64,000 nucleotides of DNA from Sedimentisphaerales bacterium (GTDB lineage: Bacteria; Planctomycetota; Phycisphaerae; Sedimentisphaerales; Anaerobacaceae), in contig OY970194.1 in the NCBI GenBank assembly GCA_963708075.1, positions 5,760,001-5,824,000 on the forward strand. The letters run 5' to 3'. Positions 1 to 10,071 of the stretch are shown here, in pieces. The notes under the pieces were generated by a model. It saw nothing but the letters and a program-made list of their open reading frames with translations, was not told where the DNA came from and did no database searches. The position numbers were made by a program, and so were the translations under genes. Each line of letters opens with the position of its first letter. Position 1 is the first letter of the stretch.

Positions 1-456
1 AAGTTCCACAAGGCCCTCGAACGGTTCAATGCCCGCGGTGTGATGGGCGATCTCGACGACGGCCCCGAGCAGAAGCCGTTGCGTTCGGTCGATGTCCAGG
101 ATGCGATCATGGACCTGCTCCCCTCAGACCGGCTGGACCTGGTTCTCACCCACGGGCCATGGGGGGAATACACCCGTCATAAGCGGCATGAGGAGGTCTC
201 CAAGGCGGTCGTAGCCCTGCGCGAAAGCGAGAGACTTCGGGTCGGAGAGATCTGGATGTTCGCCTACGACGACAAGGGCGGCAAACGCCTTCCCCAGCCG
301 CTGACGGATGCCGATGTATACGTGAGGCTGCCGCAGGATATCTGGAAGGAGAAACACCGGATCATCACCGAGGTGTACGGCTTCGCCCCGGACAGCTTCG
401 AAGCCAGGGTGACGCCCAAGGACGAGGCCTTTTGGGTCCTGGGAAAGAAGGAATAG
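1..456 (+). CDS. PIG-L/LmbE family deacetylase, 5' end outside window
   Basis: Frame 1 open from base 1 to TAG at 454-456; motif DLVLTHGPWGEYTRHKRHEEV resembles the PIG-L THxxxGxxxHxxH region; adjacent to a glycosyltransferase. Confidence 0.6.
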   Translation, partial: KFHKALERFNARGVMGDLDDGPEQKPLRSVDVQDAIMDLLPSDRLDLVLTHGPWGEYTRHKRHEEVSKAVVALRESERLRVGEIWMFAYDDKGGKRLPQPLTDADVYVRLPQDIWKEKHRIITEVYGFAPDSFEARVTPKDEAFWVLGKKE

Positions 457-554
457 CACCCCGCCTATAGCCGCACATTTCTCACGCACGGCGCGCCACG
501 CGCGACGTATGATTTCAGGTACGCGTGAAGCCCCGCCGCCTGCCATATCCATCT

Positions 555-634
555 GGGTGGCAGCGGCAAGGCCGAAGGCTTTGCCGATGGCGGATGGACA
601 GACCATCGGCAAGCTGCGCTTGCCACTGCCACCC
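555..634. repeat. GGGTGGCAGC...GCCACCC palindromic intergenic repeat (REPIN-like family A)
   Basis: Imperfect inverted repeat; related copies at 22162-22245, 32131-32220, 34773-34861, 40188-40223, 55894-55957. Confidence 0.85.
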
Positions 635-684
635 GCACTGCGAGACTTCTAACCATAGTGTGTACGGCATCTTGGGGGGAACAC

Positions 685-1828
685 ATGAAGGTGCTGCTTC
701 TATACGACTATCCGCCGTGTCCTTCCGGCTTGGCGACACAGGGAAGCCTTCTTCATCAGGGCCTGCAGGAGATGGGGGTAGACGTCCATTCCGTCCACCT
801 GGAGTCGGCCCAGGAGAAGGAATGGTACTATCGCTGGTTCAAGCCCCAGGTGGTCCTCGGTGTCGGGTACTGGGGTCACACTCCCTGCCTCGTGCTGCAC
901 CCGCAACGCCACGGGGTCCAGGCCGTGGTGCCCTGGCTGGTTGCCGACGGCTATATGGCCGACTACCGGGAGGTCCTGGAAAGCCTGCGCCTGATCCTGG
1001 TCACCTCCCGATGGGTCAAGAGCGTGTACATGCGTGACGGCCTCAAGGGTGGCAATATCGAGGTCCTGCCGGTCGGCTGCGACACGGATGCATTTGCCCC
1101 CCGGGACGGGGATGATCCGAAGGTCGCCGCCGTTCGGGAGGCCCTCGGCGTGGCCCCGGATCAGATCATGATCCTGACGATCGGGGGCGATGCCACGAGC
1201 AAAGGCGCAGGAAGTGATGCAGGCATTGGCCCTGCTTGGTGACCGTGCACCGGCCTGGAAGTACGTGTGCAAAGTCTGGCCGCAGGCACGCACGAAGCAT
1301 CAGAACTCCATCGATCTGCAGTTGGCCGCACAACTGGGGATTGAGAAGAATGTCATCTATACCACCAGCATCACCTCCCGGAATTTCATGCCGTACCTCA
1401 TGGCCGCGTGCGACATCTACGCCGCCCCGTCACGCCTGGAGGGTTTCGGCATGACCCAGGTCGAGGCCAACGCCTGCGGCAAGCCGGTCGTCGGCATCCG
1501 GGCGATGGGACTGCTCGACACCATGGTACACGCCGAAACCGCCTACCTCGCCCGCGTGGAACAGGAAATCCACATCCGGGAGGCCATCGTCAGCGGCGAG
1601 TCCGGCGATCAGGCCGAGCGGCGGGTAGTCTTTGAAAGCCCTCGCATCGTGGACTATCGCGCCAGCGTGCAGGACATTGCCGAGTACCTGCTGCAACTGA
1701 TGCAGAACGCGGACTTGCGCAGGAAAATGGGCGAGGCCGGCCGAAAACGCGCCATCGAGAACTACGACTACCGCATCGTCGCCGGGCAGTTCATCAAAAC
1801 CATCTCCGACAAGCTCGGCATCTCCTGA
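685..1828 (+). CDS. GT4 family glycosyltransferase, apparent 2-bp frameshift near 1207
   Basis: ORFs 658-1242 and 1190-1828 join as ...GGDATSKG/AQEVMQ; C-terminal PSRLEGFGMTQVEANACGKPVV is the GT4 E-x7-E motif. Confidence 0.85.
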
Positions 1829-2228
1829 CGCGAAGAATCTACGTTTCTTCGAAGAATTGCATCTACATCGAGCGGGAGGGGAGCGGGCCAGCCCTTAGTT
1901 TAGAGTTTAGCGGGTATCTCATCATCACGGGGGCAGGACGGAAGGCAGGGGGCGCATTTTCAGTATTGGATGCATGGAGAAACGCGGGCGAGTCTTCCAG
2001 GTTGATGCATAGGGACACAGCGCTGTAAGTCACCGGGCCACAAGGGGTTGCGATATTTTCACTGGGTAACAGAAATTTCTGCAACAATCTGGCTCGGCGA
2101 ACGTTTCTAGTATATGGGCGTATGCCCATATTCCAAATCAAACAGCAAAGATCAAAGATCAAAAATCAAGATCGGAAGTCCGTTGGGGGGGCGGGAGGCC
2201 CTTCGGAATGCGGATGGATGGGCGATTC

Positions 2229-2597
2229 TGCGAAACAAACCCAATCTGTCCTGCCGGGCTGGCGGTGGGCACAGCCACCCTACGCGAGGGCCGATGTGCG
2301 AAACAAAGCCAAATGTGAGGGGGGCGGGGAGCTTGGCCGGCTATCTGGGACCAGCGGGGACGCTCACCCTACCTTGTGAAACAAAGCCAATTTGCCGGGC
2401 GCAGTCCGGACACGGCCGGGCGGTGGATCCTGCGAAACAAAGCCAATTGGGAGGGGGTGGGGATTGGGAGTCAGGGGATCAGGTGACGGATTGTGCGAAA
2501 CAAAGCCAAACCTGGGAGGAATAGGATATCCGGGGGAGGGTCATACGATATATAAGGCCGCCCTATCGCAGATGTGATTGTGCGAAACAAAGCCAAT
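2229..2597 (+). repeat. Array of six 16-17 bp direct repeats (TGYGAAACAAASCCAAW) with unique spacers; not a canonical CRISPR
   Basis: Copies start at 2229, 2297, 2375, 2431, 2494, 2581; spacers of 51, 61, 39, 46, 70 bp; no cas genes in window. Confidence 0.9.
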
Positions 2598-2693
2598 TTG
2601 TCTGGCGGGCGGATTCTGTCCAGCGGCGGAGGATCGGCCGCCGGGTGTGAACTGCATCTATTTGGTATCCGGCTGGCGGGGCAAGTTTTCTCT

Positions 2694-2721
2694 TTGCCGC
2701 AAGGCCACTGGTGCTTATAAT
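2694..2721 (+). promoter_or_regulatory. Putative sigma70 promoter for tRNA-Leu
   Basis: TTGCCG-N16-TATAAT about 120 bp upstream of the tRNA. Confidence 0.5.
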
Positions 2722-2841
2722 ACGGCGTCCGGAGTAACAGGGGGCAGTGCCTGAGTACCCAGGAAGTCTGGTATCCCACCGAAGTCCGGACAACCAGGGG
2801 CCGGAAGAGCGTCCCGGTCCGCATGTGTGGTCATTGGGTTT

Positions 2842-2924
2842 GGCCGAGTGGCGGAATGGCAGACGCTGGGGACTTAAAATCCCCTGCCCGCAAGGGCGTA
2901 TGGGTTCGAGTCCCATCTCGGCTA
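2842..2924 (+). tRNA. tRNA-Leu(TAA)
   Basis: Acceptor GGCCGAG/CTCGGCT, anticodon arm GGGGA-CTTAAAA-TCCCC, long variable arm, T-arm ATGGG-TTCGAGT-CCCAT; CCA not encoded. Confidence 0.96.
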
Positions 2925-3087
2925 CTGGGTGGCTATAGGAAAGGTAGCACGGGTGTCCCGCCCGTGAAACGACGACGATGCGCAGGGCTGAAGCCTGTCT
3001 TCGTGAAGGCAGGGGACTCCCGTGCTGCGATGAATCCGGCCTTCAGATACGTTTTCAGGCGGCCGGTCGTCGCTTTGGAGATACGCT

Positions 3088-4422
3088 ATGACAGATGGAA
3101 ACATCCGACTCGAAGACGTACACGAGCCTAACCTCTATCGCGACGTCTTTCCCTACAGCAAGTTCCCTAAGATCGTATTCGACGGCCAGCGGGTCGATTG
3201 CGAGGTCCCGAAGGACATCTGGATCACGGACACGACGTTCCGGGACGGCCAGCAGGCCCGCCCGCCGTTCACGCCGGAGCAAATCCTGCGGATCTACGAC
3301 CTCCTGCACGAAATCGATGGCGGCACCGGGCTGATCCGCCAGTGCGAGTTCTTCCTCTATTCCGACAAGGACCGCAAGGCCGTCGAGCTGTGCAAGGCGC
3401 GGGGATACAAGTACCCGGAGATCACCGGCTGGATCCGGGCGGTGGCGGCCGACTTCAAGCTTGTCGCGCAGATGGGCCTGCGCGAGACCGGCATTTTGAC
3501 CTCCGCCAGTGACTATCATATCTTCCTGAAGCTTCGCTTGAGCCGTTCCCAGGCGTTGAACGGGTACCTGGGCATCGTCAAGGCCGCCCTGGACAGCGGT
3601 GTGCTGCCCCGGTGCCATTTCGAGGACATCACCCGGGCGGACTACGAGGGTTTCATCCTGCCTTTCGCCAACGAGCTGCTGAAAATTTCAGAGGAGTACA
3701 AGCAGCCGGTCAAGATTCGCCTGTGCGACACACTCGGTTTTGGACTGCCCTGGCCCGATGCGGCCCTGCCGCGCAGCGTGCCGAAGCTGATTCACGGCCT
3801 GCGCAAGATCGGTGTCCCCTCCGAGTGTCTCGAATGGCACGGGCACAACGATTTCCACAAGGTCCTTGTGGACGCCACGACCGCCTGGCTCTATGGATGC
3901 AGCTCCGTCAACGCGGCCATCTTCGGCTGCGGCGAGCGCACGGGCAACTCTCCGCTGGAGGCCCTGGTCATCGAGCACGCCCAACTGAAGGGCATGGTCC
4001 CCGGCGTCAATTATGCGGCGATTACGGACCTCGCCGAGTACGCCCACAAGGAGCTGGGCTTTGAGATCGCGAAGAACTACCCGCTGGTCGGCCAGGACTT
4101 CAACGTGACGCGGGCCGGCATCCACGCCGATGGCCTTCTCAAGAATGAGGAAATTTACAACTGCTTCGATACGCTGAAGCTGCTCAACCGTCCCGTAGGC
4201 GTGGCCATCGCCGACAAGACGGGCGCCGCCGGTATCAAGCACTGGGTCGAGAGTCATTACGACATCCAGATCCCCAAGCACGACCCGCGCATTACCTGGA
4301 TCAAGGATCGGATCGACGCGGAGTACGCCGCCGACCGCATCTCTGTGATATCCGACGAGGAAATGCACCAGTGGGTGCATCAGGCCTTCAAGGGGCAGGT
4401 TCCGCCGCAAAGACCCGTGTGA
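3088..4422 (+). CDS. Re-citrate synthase (DRE-TIM metallolyase family)
   Basis: EPNLYRDVFPY, ITDTTFRDGQQARPP, HFEDITRAD, EWHGHNDF, GERTGN motifs. Confidence 0.8.
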   Translation: MTDGNIRLEDVHEPNLYRDVFPYSKFPKIVFDGQRVDCEVPKDIWITDTTFRDGQQARPPFTPEQILRIYDLLHEIDGGTGLIRQCEFFLYSDKDRKAVELCKARGYKYPEITGWIRAVAADFKLVAQMGLRETGILTSASDYHIFLKLRLSRSQALNGYLGIVKAALDSGVLPRCHFEDITRADYEGFILPFANELLKISEEYKQPVKIRLCDTLGFGLPWPDAALPRSVPKLIHGLRKIGVPSECLEWHGHNDFHKVLVDATTAWLYGCSSVNAAIFGCGERTGNSPLEALVIEHAQLKGMVPGVNYAAITDLAEYAHKELGFEIAKNYPLVGQDFNVTRAGIHADGLLKNEEIYNCFDTLKLLNRPVGVAIADKTGAAGIKHWVESHYDIQIPKHDPRITWIKDRIDAEYAADRISVISDEEMHQWVHQAFKGQVPPQRPV

Positions 4423-4433
4423 GGGTGGAGAAC

Positions 4434-4540
4434 TTACCATTTACGATTTACGAATTACGATTTATGATTCGAGCGATGCGTTAGCCACAATGGCGTCGCC
4501 ACCGACACGAATGGTAAATCGTAAATGGTAAATCGTAAAT
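4434..4540. repeat. Inverted pair of heptamer tandem repeats (TTTACGA)n/(AATCGTA)n
   Basis: Directly visible; similar heptamer tracts at 2147-2172, 14175-14321, 15442-15517, 36609-36684, 47611-47665, 48926-49005. Confidence 0.85.
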
Positions 4541-5280
4541 CCAAAGGCGAGATTAGAGCCGTACTGTTCGACCTCGGCGACACCATTTTGGACTTCGGCC
4601 GGGTCAGTACGACGAGGGCTTTCTGGCTCGGTGCTCGGGCGACACACACCTTTTTGAGGGAGCAGGGCCAGCCGGTGGCCTCTTTCCCGTGGTACTTCAT
4701 GCGAAACCTCGTGCGCCTTCGCATGAAGTACATGCTGTCCAACATCACGCGAAGGGATTTCGATTCCCTCGAACTGCTCCAAACGGTGGGCGTGCGCACC
4801 GGCGTGAGTCTTGCGCCGGAGCAGTGGGAGCAGTTTGCCTGGCTCTGGTATGAGCCGCTCGGCCGCTGTGCCCGGGTTGAGGACGACATCCGCCAGACGC
4901 TCGGCACGCTCAAGAGCATGGACCTGAAGCTCGGCATCGTGTCCAATACCTTCGTGAATCGCGCCTCGCTCGAGAGACACCTGAAAGTCATCAGCATCCT
5001 CGATTTCTTCCCGGTGCAACTCTACTCCTATGAATTCCACGTGCGTAAGCCCAGTCCGGTGCTCTTTCGCATCGCCGCGGAGAAGATCGGGGTGCCCGCG
5101 GAGAAGTGCCTGTTCGTGGGTGACCGGATCGATAACGACATTCTGCCGGCCATGGGAATCGGCATGAAAGCCGCCCTGAAAGAGGCCTACACCAACGCGG
5201 GCAAAAGGTTGCCGCAAGGAGCATACCGAATCCGCCGCCTCGCCGAGCTGCCGGAGCTGGTCCAAGAGATCAATCGGTAG
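4525..5280 (+). CDS. HAD-superfamily hydrolase
   Basis: VLFDLGDTILD motif I, IVSN, RKP, FVGDRIDND motif IV. Confidence 0.88.
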   Translation: MVNRKSKGEIRAVLFDLGDTILDFGRVSTTRAFWLGARATHTFLREQGQPVASFPWYFMRNLVRLRMKYMLSNITRRDFDSLELLQTVGVRTGVSLAPEQWEQFAWLWYEPLGRCARVEDDIRQTLGTLKSMDLKLGIVSNTFVNRASLERHLKVISILDFFPVQLYSYEFHVRKPSPVLFRIAAEKIGVPAEKCLFVGDRIDNDILPAMGIGMKAALKEAYTNAGKRLPQGAYRIRRLAELPELVQEINR

Positions 5281-5329
5281 CCTTTTGCTCATTACGCATG
5301 AGAGTCCCGCCAGGGGCGGAGAAAGCTCA

Positions 5330-5358
5330 TTGACATGCAGGGTTGTGCCACGTACTAT
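5330..5358 (+). promoter_or_regulatory. Putative sigma70 promoter of trxA-trxB
   Basis: TTGACA-N17-TACTAT. Confidence 0.65.
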
Positions 5359-5439
5359 CGCACGTCGGCTTTTCTGGTTGGGCGTGCTGCATCGACTCAT
5401 GCACGACGCGTGGAGCACAAGGAATCAAGGAGAACAGGG

Positions 5440-5778
5440 ATGGCGGATGAACGATTGATCGAGGTGACGGACGACAGCTTCGAGAACGAGGTGCTGCAGT
5501 CGGACGTGCCCGTGCTGGTGGATTACTGGGCGCCGTGGTGCGGCCCGTGCAAAATGGCAGCGCCGGTGCTCGAAAGAATCGCCGGAGAATATGAAGGTCG
5601 GCTCAAGATCTGCAAGGTCAACGTGGACGAGGAGCGCGAGGTGGCCAGCAAGCACCGGATCATGAGCATCCCCACGATGTTCCTCTTCAAGGACGGCGAG
5701 GTGGTGGACCAGATTGTAGGCGTGACGCCGAACTTCGAGAGCGACCTGAAGCGAAGAATTGAACCTTATCTGGATTGA
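5440..5778 (+). CDS. trxA: Thioredoxin
   Basis: WAPWCGPC active site; AGGAG RBS before ATG 5440. Confidence 0.95.
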   Translation: MADERLIEVTDDSFENEVLQSDVPVLVDYWAPWCGPCKMAAPVLERIAGEYEGRLKICKVNVDEEREVASKHRIMSIPTMFLFKDGEVVDQIVGVTPNFESDLKRRIEPYLD

Positions 5779-5867
5779 TGGCGATTTTCGATTGCGGGTC
5801 GGCCCGCGGCCAATGAATCCGCTGGCTGCAATCGCCGGTCCGCAACTCAAGGTGGCAGGACTGTGGA

Positions 5868-6866
5868 ATGACTGATACGGTCTATGATGTGATCATCATT
5901 GGCGCGGGCCCGGCCGGTCTGGGATGCGCCTTGTATACGGCCCGGGACCGGCTCAAAACGCTTGTCCTCGAGAAGATGATCCCCGGCGGGCAAATCTACA
6001 ATACCGACAGGATCGAGAACTATCCCGGCATTATCCGCGTCGACGGACCCACCCTCATCGACCAGATGCAGAAACAGGTGGAAAGCTTCGGGGCCGTGGT
6101 CAGCCCGGGCTGCGAGGTGACGGGCCTGGAGAGACGCAAGGACGGCAATGTCGCGGTCCTCTGCGGCCATACCACCTTCACCGCGCGGACCGTGGTCCTC
6201 GCTCTCGGGAGTCACTATCGCAGACTGTGTGTCCCGGGCGAGGAGGAGTTCCGCAACGCCGGCGCCGGCGTCAGTTACTGCGGCACCTGTGATGCCCCGT
6301 TCTTCCGGGGCAAGGAGGTCATCTCCGTCGGCGGCGGCAACACCGCGATTGAGGAGACGCTCCATCTCACGAAGTACGCCAAAAAGGTGACGCTTGTCCA
6401 CCGTCGCGACGAGTTCCGCGCCGACAAGGTTCTGGCCGAAGAGCTTCGGGCGGAGGCCGCCAAGCCGAACAGCAGTCTCATCATCAAGTGCGAGACCATC
6501 ATCACGGCTATCAAGGGCGAGGGCCGCGTCCAATCCGTCAGACTGAAGAACGTCAAGACGGGCCAGGAGGAGGATTATCCCTGCGACGGCGTCTTCGTCT
6601 TCGTCGGTATGGTCCCCAACACAGGATTCCTCAAGGGCATCGTCCAGTTGACGGAGCACGGATTCATCCGGGTGGATTGCGCCTACCTGCGAACGAGCAT
6701 GCCGGGGGTGTTCGCCGCCGGCGACTGCCGGATCGGGGCGGCCATGCAGCTCACCACGGCCATTGCCGACGGTGTCAACGCCGCCATCACGATGAAGCAG
6801 TACTTCCGTGACCCGCAGTGGTGGCACAAGCCCGTCACCGACGAAATCCAGCCCAGCGGCTGGTGA
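5868..6866 (+). CDS. trxB: Thioredoxin-disulfide reductase
   Basis: GAGPAG, GVSYCGTCD, GGGNTAIEE, HRRD, GVFAAGD. Confidence 0.93.
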   Translation: MTDTVYDVIIIGAGPAGLGCALYTARDRLKTLVLEKMIPGGQIYNTDRIENYPGIIRVDGPTLIDQMQKQVESFGAVVSPGCEVTGLERRKDGNVAVLCGHTTFTARTVVLALGSHYRRLCVPGEEEFRNAGAGVSYCGTCDAPFFRGKEVISVGGGNTAIEETLHLTKYAKKVTLVHRRDEFRADKVLAEELRAEAAKPNSSLIIKCETIITAIKGEGRVQSVRLKNVKTGQEEDYPCDGVFVFVGMVPNTGFLKGIVQLTEHGFIRVDCAYLRTSMPGVFAAGDCRIGAAMQLTTAIADGVNAAITMKQYFRDPQWWHKPVTDEIQPSGW

Positions 6867-7059
6867 TCAAGGCAAATCAGAAGCGGAGAAACCTTAACGA
6901 TTTCCGGACGTTCTCCCGCTCACAATACCTTCCAAGTCCAGATGTCCCTCTGATGGCACCCGGCTGCCGGATTATTTTGTATGCTCTATGAGGGAGCCGG
7001 CATCCTTACTGTGGCTGCCTTTGCCAGGCGGCGAGTCGGATAAGGAAGGATGGGTGAAC

Positions 7060-7947
7060 ATGTCGGGCATCTGCCAGCAGAGGGTGAGCAGGCGTCAGTT
7101 TCTCAAGAGCGGCCTGGCCCTTGCCGCCGGGACGGTGACGTTTGGGTCCCGCTCGGTCCTCGGTGAATATCGCGACGAATGCACGCGATGGGCGTTCCTG
7201 TCCGATACGCACATCGCCGCCGATCCGGACCATCGCTACAGAGGCTTCTATCCCTACCGCAATCTCCAGGAAATCACGTCGCAACTGGCCTGTGACCTGC
7301 CGGAGGGCCTCGTCATCACGGGGGACCTGGCCAGGTTGAAGGGCCGGCCCGAGGCTTATGCGAATGTGAAGACGTTACTGGCTCCGGTTGCCGAGAAGCG
7401 GCCAGTCTATCTCGGCCTTGGCAACCACGACAATCGCGAGGACTTCTTTCGAACCTTTGGCGATTCCCGCGGCAGCGGCCAGGCGGTCGCCAACAAGCAT
7501 GTCATCGTGGCCGATGAGGGCCCGGTCCGATTGATCATCCTGGACACGCTTCTTCACATCAACAGGATGCCCGGAATGCTCGGCTGGCCCCAGCGCACCT
7601 GGCTGGAGACCTACCTTCGCACATGCGACGACAGGCCCACGATCCTGTTCCTCCATCACACGCCGAAAGTGGATTTGCTCGATACCGGACGGCTGTTCCG
7701 CATCATCGGACCGATGGCCAAGGTCAAGGCCGTCGTGTACGGACACACTCACCACGTCAAGTTCTCCACCTACAAAGGGATTCATCTGATCAACGTGCCG
7801 GCGACAGGCTTCAACCTCGGTGACAGTCACCCGGTCGGCTGGATGGAAGCGAAGCTGACCAGCCAGGGCGGCGAATTCCTCCTGCACGCCATGGCCGGCA
7901 ACAGGCGGCTGAACGGCCTCACCATGAAGCTGGCTTGGAGATCCTGA
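7060..7947 (+). CDS. Tat-exported calcineurin-like metallophosphoesterase
   Basis: SRRQFLK Tat motif; DTH, GD, GNHD, HH, GHTH motifs. Confidence 0.88.
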   Translation: MSGICQQRVSRRQFLKSGLALAAGTVTFGSRSVLGEYRDECTRWAFLSDTHIAADPDHRYRGFYPYRNLQEITSQLACDLPEGLVITGDLARLKGRPEAYANVKTLLAPVAEKRPVYLGLGNHDNREDFFRTFGDSRGSGQAVANKHVIVADEGPVRLIILDTLLHINRMPGMLGWPQRTWLETYLRTCDDRPTILFLHHTPKVDLLDTGRLFRIIGPMAKVKAVVYGHTHHVKFSTYKGIHLINVPATGFNLGDSHPVGWMEAKLTSQGGEFLLHAMAGNRRLNGLTMKLAWRS

Positions 7948-8063
7948 GAGTCACTCCCGACTGCACGATTCCGTTGCTGATGGGATTGCACCGTGCCCGC
8001 ATTTCCTGTACAAGAACACCGTTGCAGGATCGTGATCCGACAATCGTGGAAAGGGTGTGGCGT

Positions 8064-8958
8064 ATGTGCCAAGTCTCTGGCGATAGGATGAACAGGCGAC
8101 AGGTTCTCAAGGCCGGATTGGCTCTCGCAGGCGGCCTGGCCGTTCTGCGGCCGTACCGTAGTTGCGGTCAGCCCCCGAAGGACGGTGCCTCGTGGGCTTT
8201 TCTGTCGGACACTCACATCGCGGCCGACCCTGAGAACAACCATCGGGGTCTCTATCCGTACCGGAACTTACAGAAAGCACTGTCGCAGGTCGTGTCCAGT
8301 CGGCCCGAAGGTCTCCGTCATCACAGGAGACATCGCCCGGCTGACAGGGCACATTGGCGACTACGAAAACATCAAGAAGCTGCTGACGCCCATAGCCGAG
8401 GAACGTCCGGTCTACCTGGCGATGGGCAATCACGATGACCGTGCCAACTTTCGTCGCGTCTTTGAGGCGCCTGCCGGTGAGCGGCACGAGCCGGGGGGCA
8501 GGCACGTGATCGCCGTTGACGCCGGGCCCGTCCGATTCCTGATTCTCGATTCGCTCATGCTGACCAACGAGACGCCAGGCTTGCTCGGCAAGGCTCAGCG
8601 CACCTGGCTGGAGAACCATCTGCGAACCTCCGACGACAGACCCGTGATCCTGTTTGTCCATCACACCGTTGGTGATGAGGACGACGCCCTGCTGGATGCC
8701 GCCCGGCTGTTCGCCCTTGTGAAGCCGGCAAACAAGGTCAAAGCCATCATCTACGGCCATTCACACGAGTACGCATTCTCCGAGCACGAAGGCATCCACC
8801 TGGTCAATCTCCCGGCGACGGGATACACCTTTGACGACGTGCAGCCGGCGGGCTGGGTGGAAGCCCGGCTGACTGCCCAGGATGGCGAATTCCGTCTGCA
8901 TGCCGTCGCCGGCAATACTCAGATGGATGGACGGACAACGAAGCTGCGCTGGAGATGA
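8064..8958 (+). CDS. Tat-exported metallophosphoesterase paralog, apparent 1-bp frameshift near 8315
   Basis: NRRQVLK Tat motif and LSDTH in ORF 7935-8438; ITGD, GNHD, GHSH in ORF 8185-8958; colinear with upstream paralog. Confidence 0.82.
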
Positions 8959-8997
8959 GATCGCCACAAGCTGCGCATCATTCAGCCGGAATTGATA

Positions 8998-9456
8998 TCA
9001 CTTTTCAGTGTGGCACGCGTGGCGGGTGAATGTCTTGATGGCTGCGGACAGCTCCTGGTAGCAATAGGGCACCTCCTGCCGCTCGCATAGGGCTTTGAGC
9101 TTCTTGAGCACAGCTTCGCTGAGATCGCTCTGAAATGCGGAGTCGCCCCTGCAACAGAAGATCCGGCAGGCGGCGAAGCGATGCTCGTGAACCGTGCAGC
9201 TTGAGCCCTGCTGAGATGGACATCTTCCGGCGGGCATTGGCTTCAACTCAGTGGTATTGAGCTTCGCGGCCAGGTACATCAGCTCGGGTGGCGTGACGTA
9301 GAGCCGATGGTCGTACGCGGGGAAATCGCAGCAGGCCCCGCAGGCGTCGCATTGCCCTGCGCGGTCCGGGTCCTCTTTCAATCGCGCATCGATCCACTCA
9401 TAGAGATCCGCCATCTCCGCGATCAGCCGCCGGTGTCTTTCGGGTGCTCCCACCAT
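8998..9456 (-). CDS. YkgJ-family Cys-cluster protein
   Basis: CDACGACC, CP...CTVHEHRFAACR. Confidence 0.75.
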   Translation of the reverse strand: MVGAPERHRRLIAEMADLYEWIDARLKEDPDRAGQCDACGACCDFPAYDHRLYVTPPELMYLAAKLNTTELKPMPAGRCPSQQGSSCTVHEHRFAACRIFCCRGDSAFQSDLSEAVLKKLKALCERQEVPYCYQELSAAIKTFTRHACHTEK

Positions 9457-9890
9457 CGAGCGCTCTTTCGAATCCTCTCAATTTCCTCGCCGCTGTAGTA
9501 TCGGCCGTAGTTGATGCCGGGGCACCGCACGCCGGCCGCACCCCAACCGTCCGGATCGGACAGGTTCTCCGGCCAGAACGGCCACGTCCGGCACTGGTTC
9601 GGCCGGACCGCGTAAATCGCACAACGCCGCTTGCCGTCCACCTCGCGCAGGAAGATGCAGTCCTTCGTGGTCCTGTGCTCGATGATCGTGGTCCGCACCC
9701 CCACGCGGCGCAGGTACCGGCGCCGAAGCTCGCCCGGCGTGATCTTCAGGTGTCTGGCGATCAGCTCGATCTCAGGCTCGATCACCCAGATATACCCCTC
9801 CGTCGGCCCCGCGCAGCATCCCCCGCACTCCCGGCACGCAAAGTGCAAACCGCACGCATACCATCTTGTCCCAACCGGTTCGTCAGTCAC
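9423..9890 (-). CDS. YkgJ-family Cys-cluster protein (start uncertain, 9890 or 9923)
   Basis: FACRECGGCC, CIFL, CAIYAVRPNQCRTWPFW, CPG. Confidence 0.85.
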   Translation of the reverse strand: MTDEPVGTRWYACGLHFACRECGGCCAGPTEGYIWVIEPEIELIARHLKITPGELRRRYLRRVGVRTTIIEHRTTKDCIFLREVDGKRRCAIYAVRPNQCRTWPFWPENLSDPDGWGAAGVRCPGINYGRYYSGEEIERIRKSARWWEHPKDTGG

Positions 9891-10071
9891 ATTGACCACG
9901 ATATCACAAACCACATCAAACATGAACGCTTTTCATTTTCCTCGCTTCTATCGAACTCTGAGAACATACGCCCACGCTCAGGACAGGTTCTCCGATGCTC
10001 GCGCAGAATCGCCGTTCAATGCACAGAGCATCTGAGAAACTCGGGTCCATCCGTTTCCTGCGACCTGGATG

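Noticed and set aside
2114..2577. ORFs 2114-2524, 2122-2379 and 2392-2577 as proteins
   Set aside because: They run through the repeat array in different frames and have no recognisable domain
2229..2597. Canonical CRISPR array
   Set aside because: Repeat only 16-17 bp, spacers vary from 39 to 70 bp, no cas genes; kept as an unexplained repeat array
2842..2924. tRNA-Leu as integration site of an island or prophage
   Set aside because: No duplicate of the tRNA 3' end and no integrase seen; a housekeeping gene follows directly
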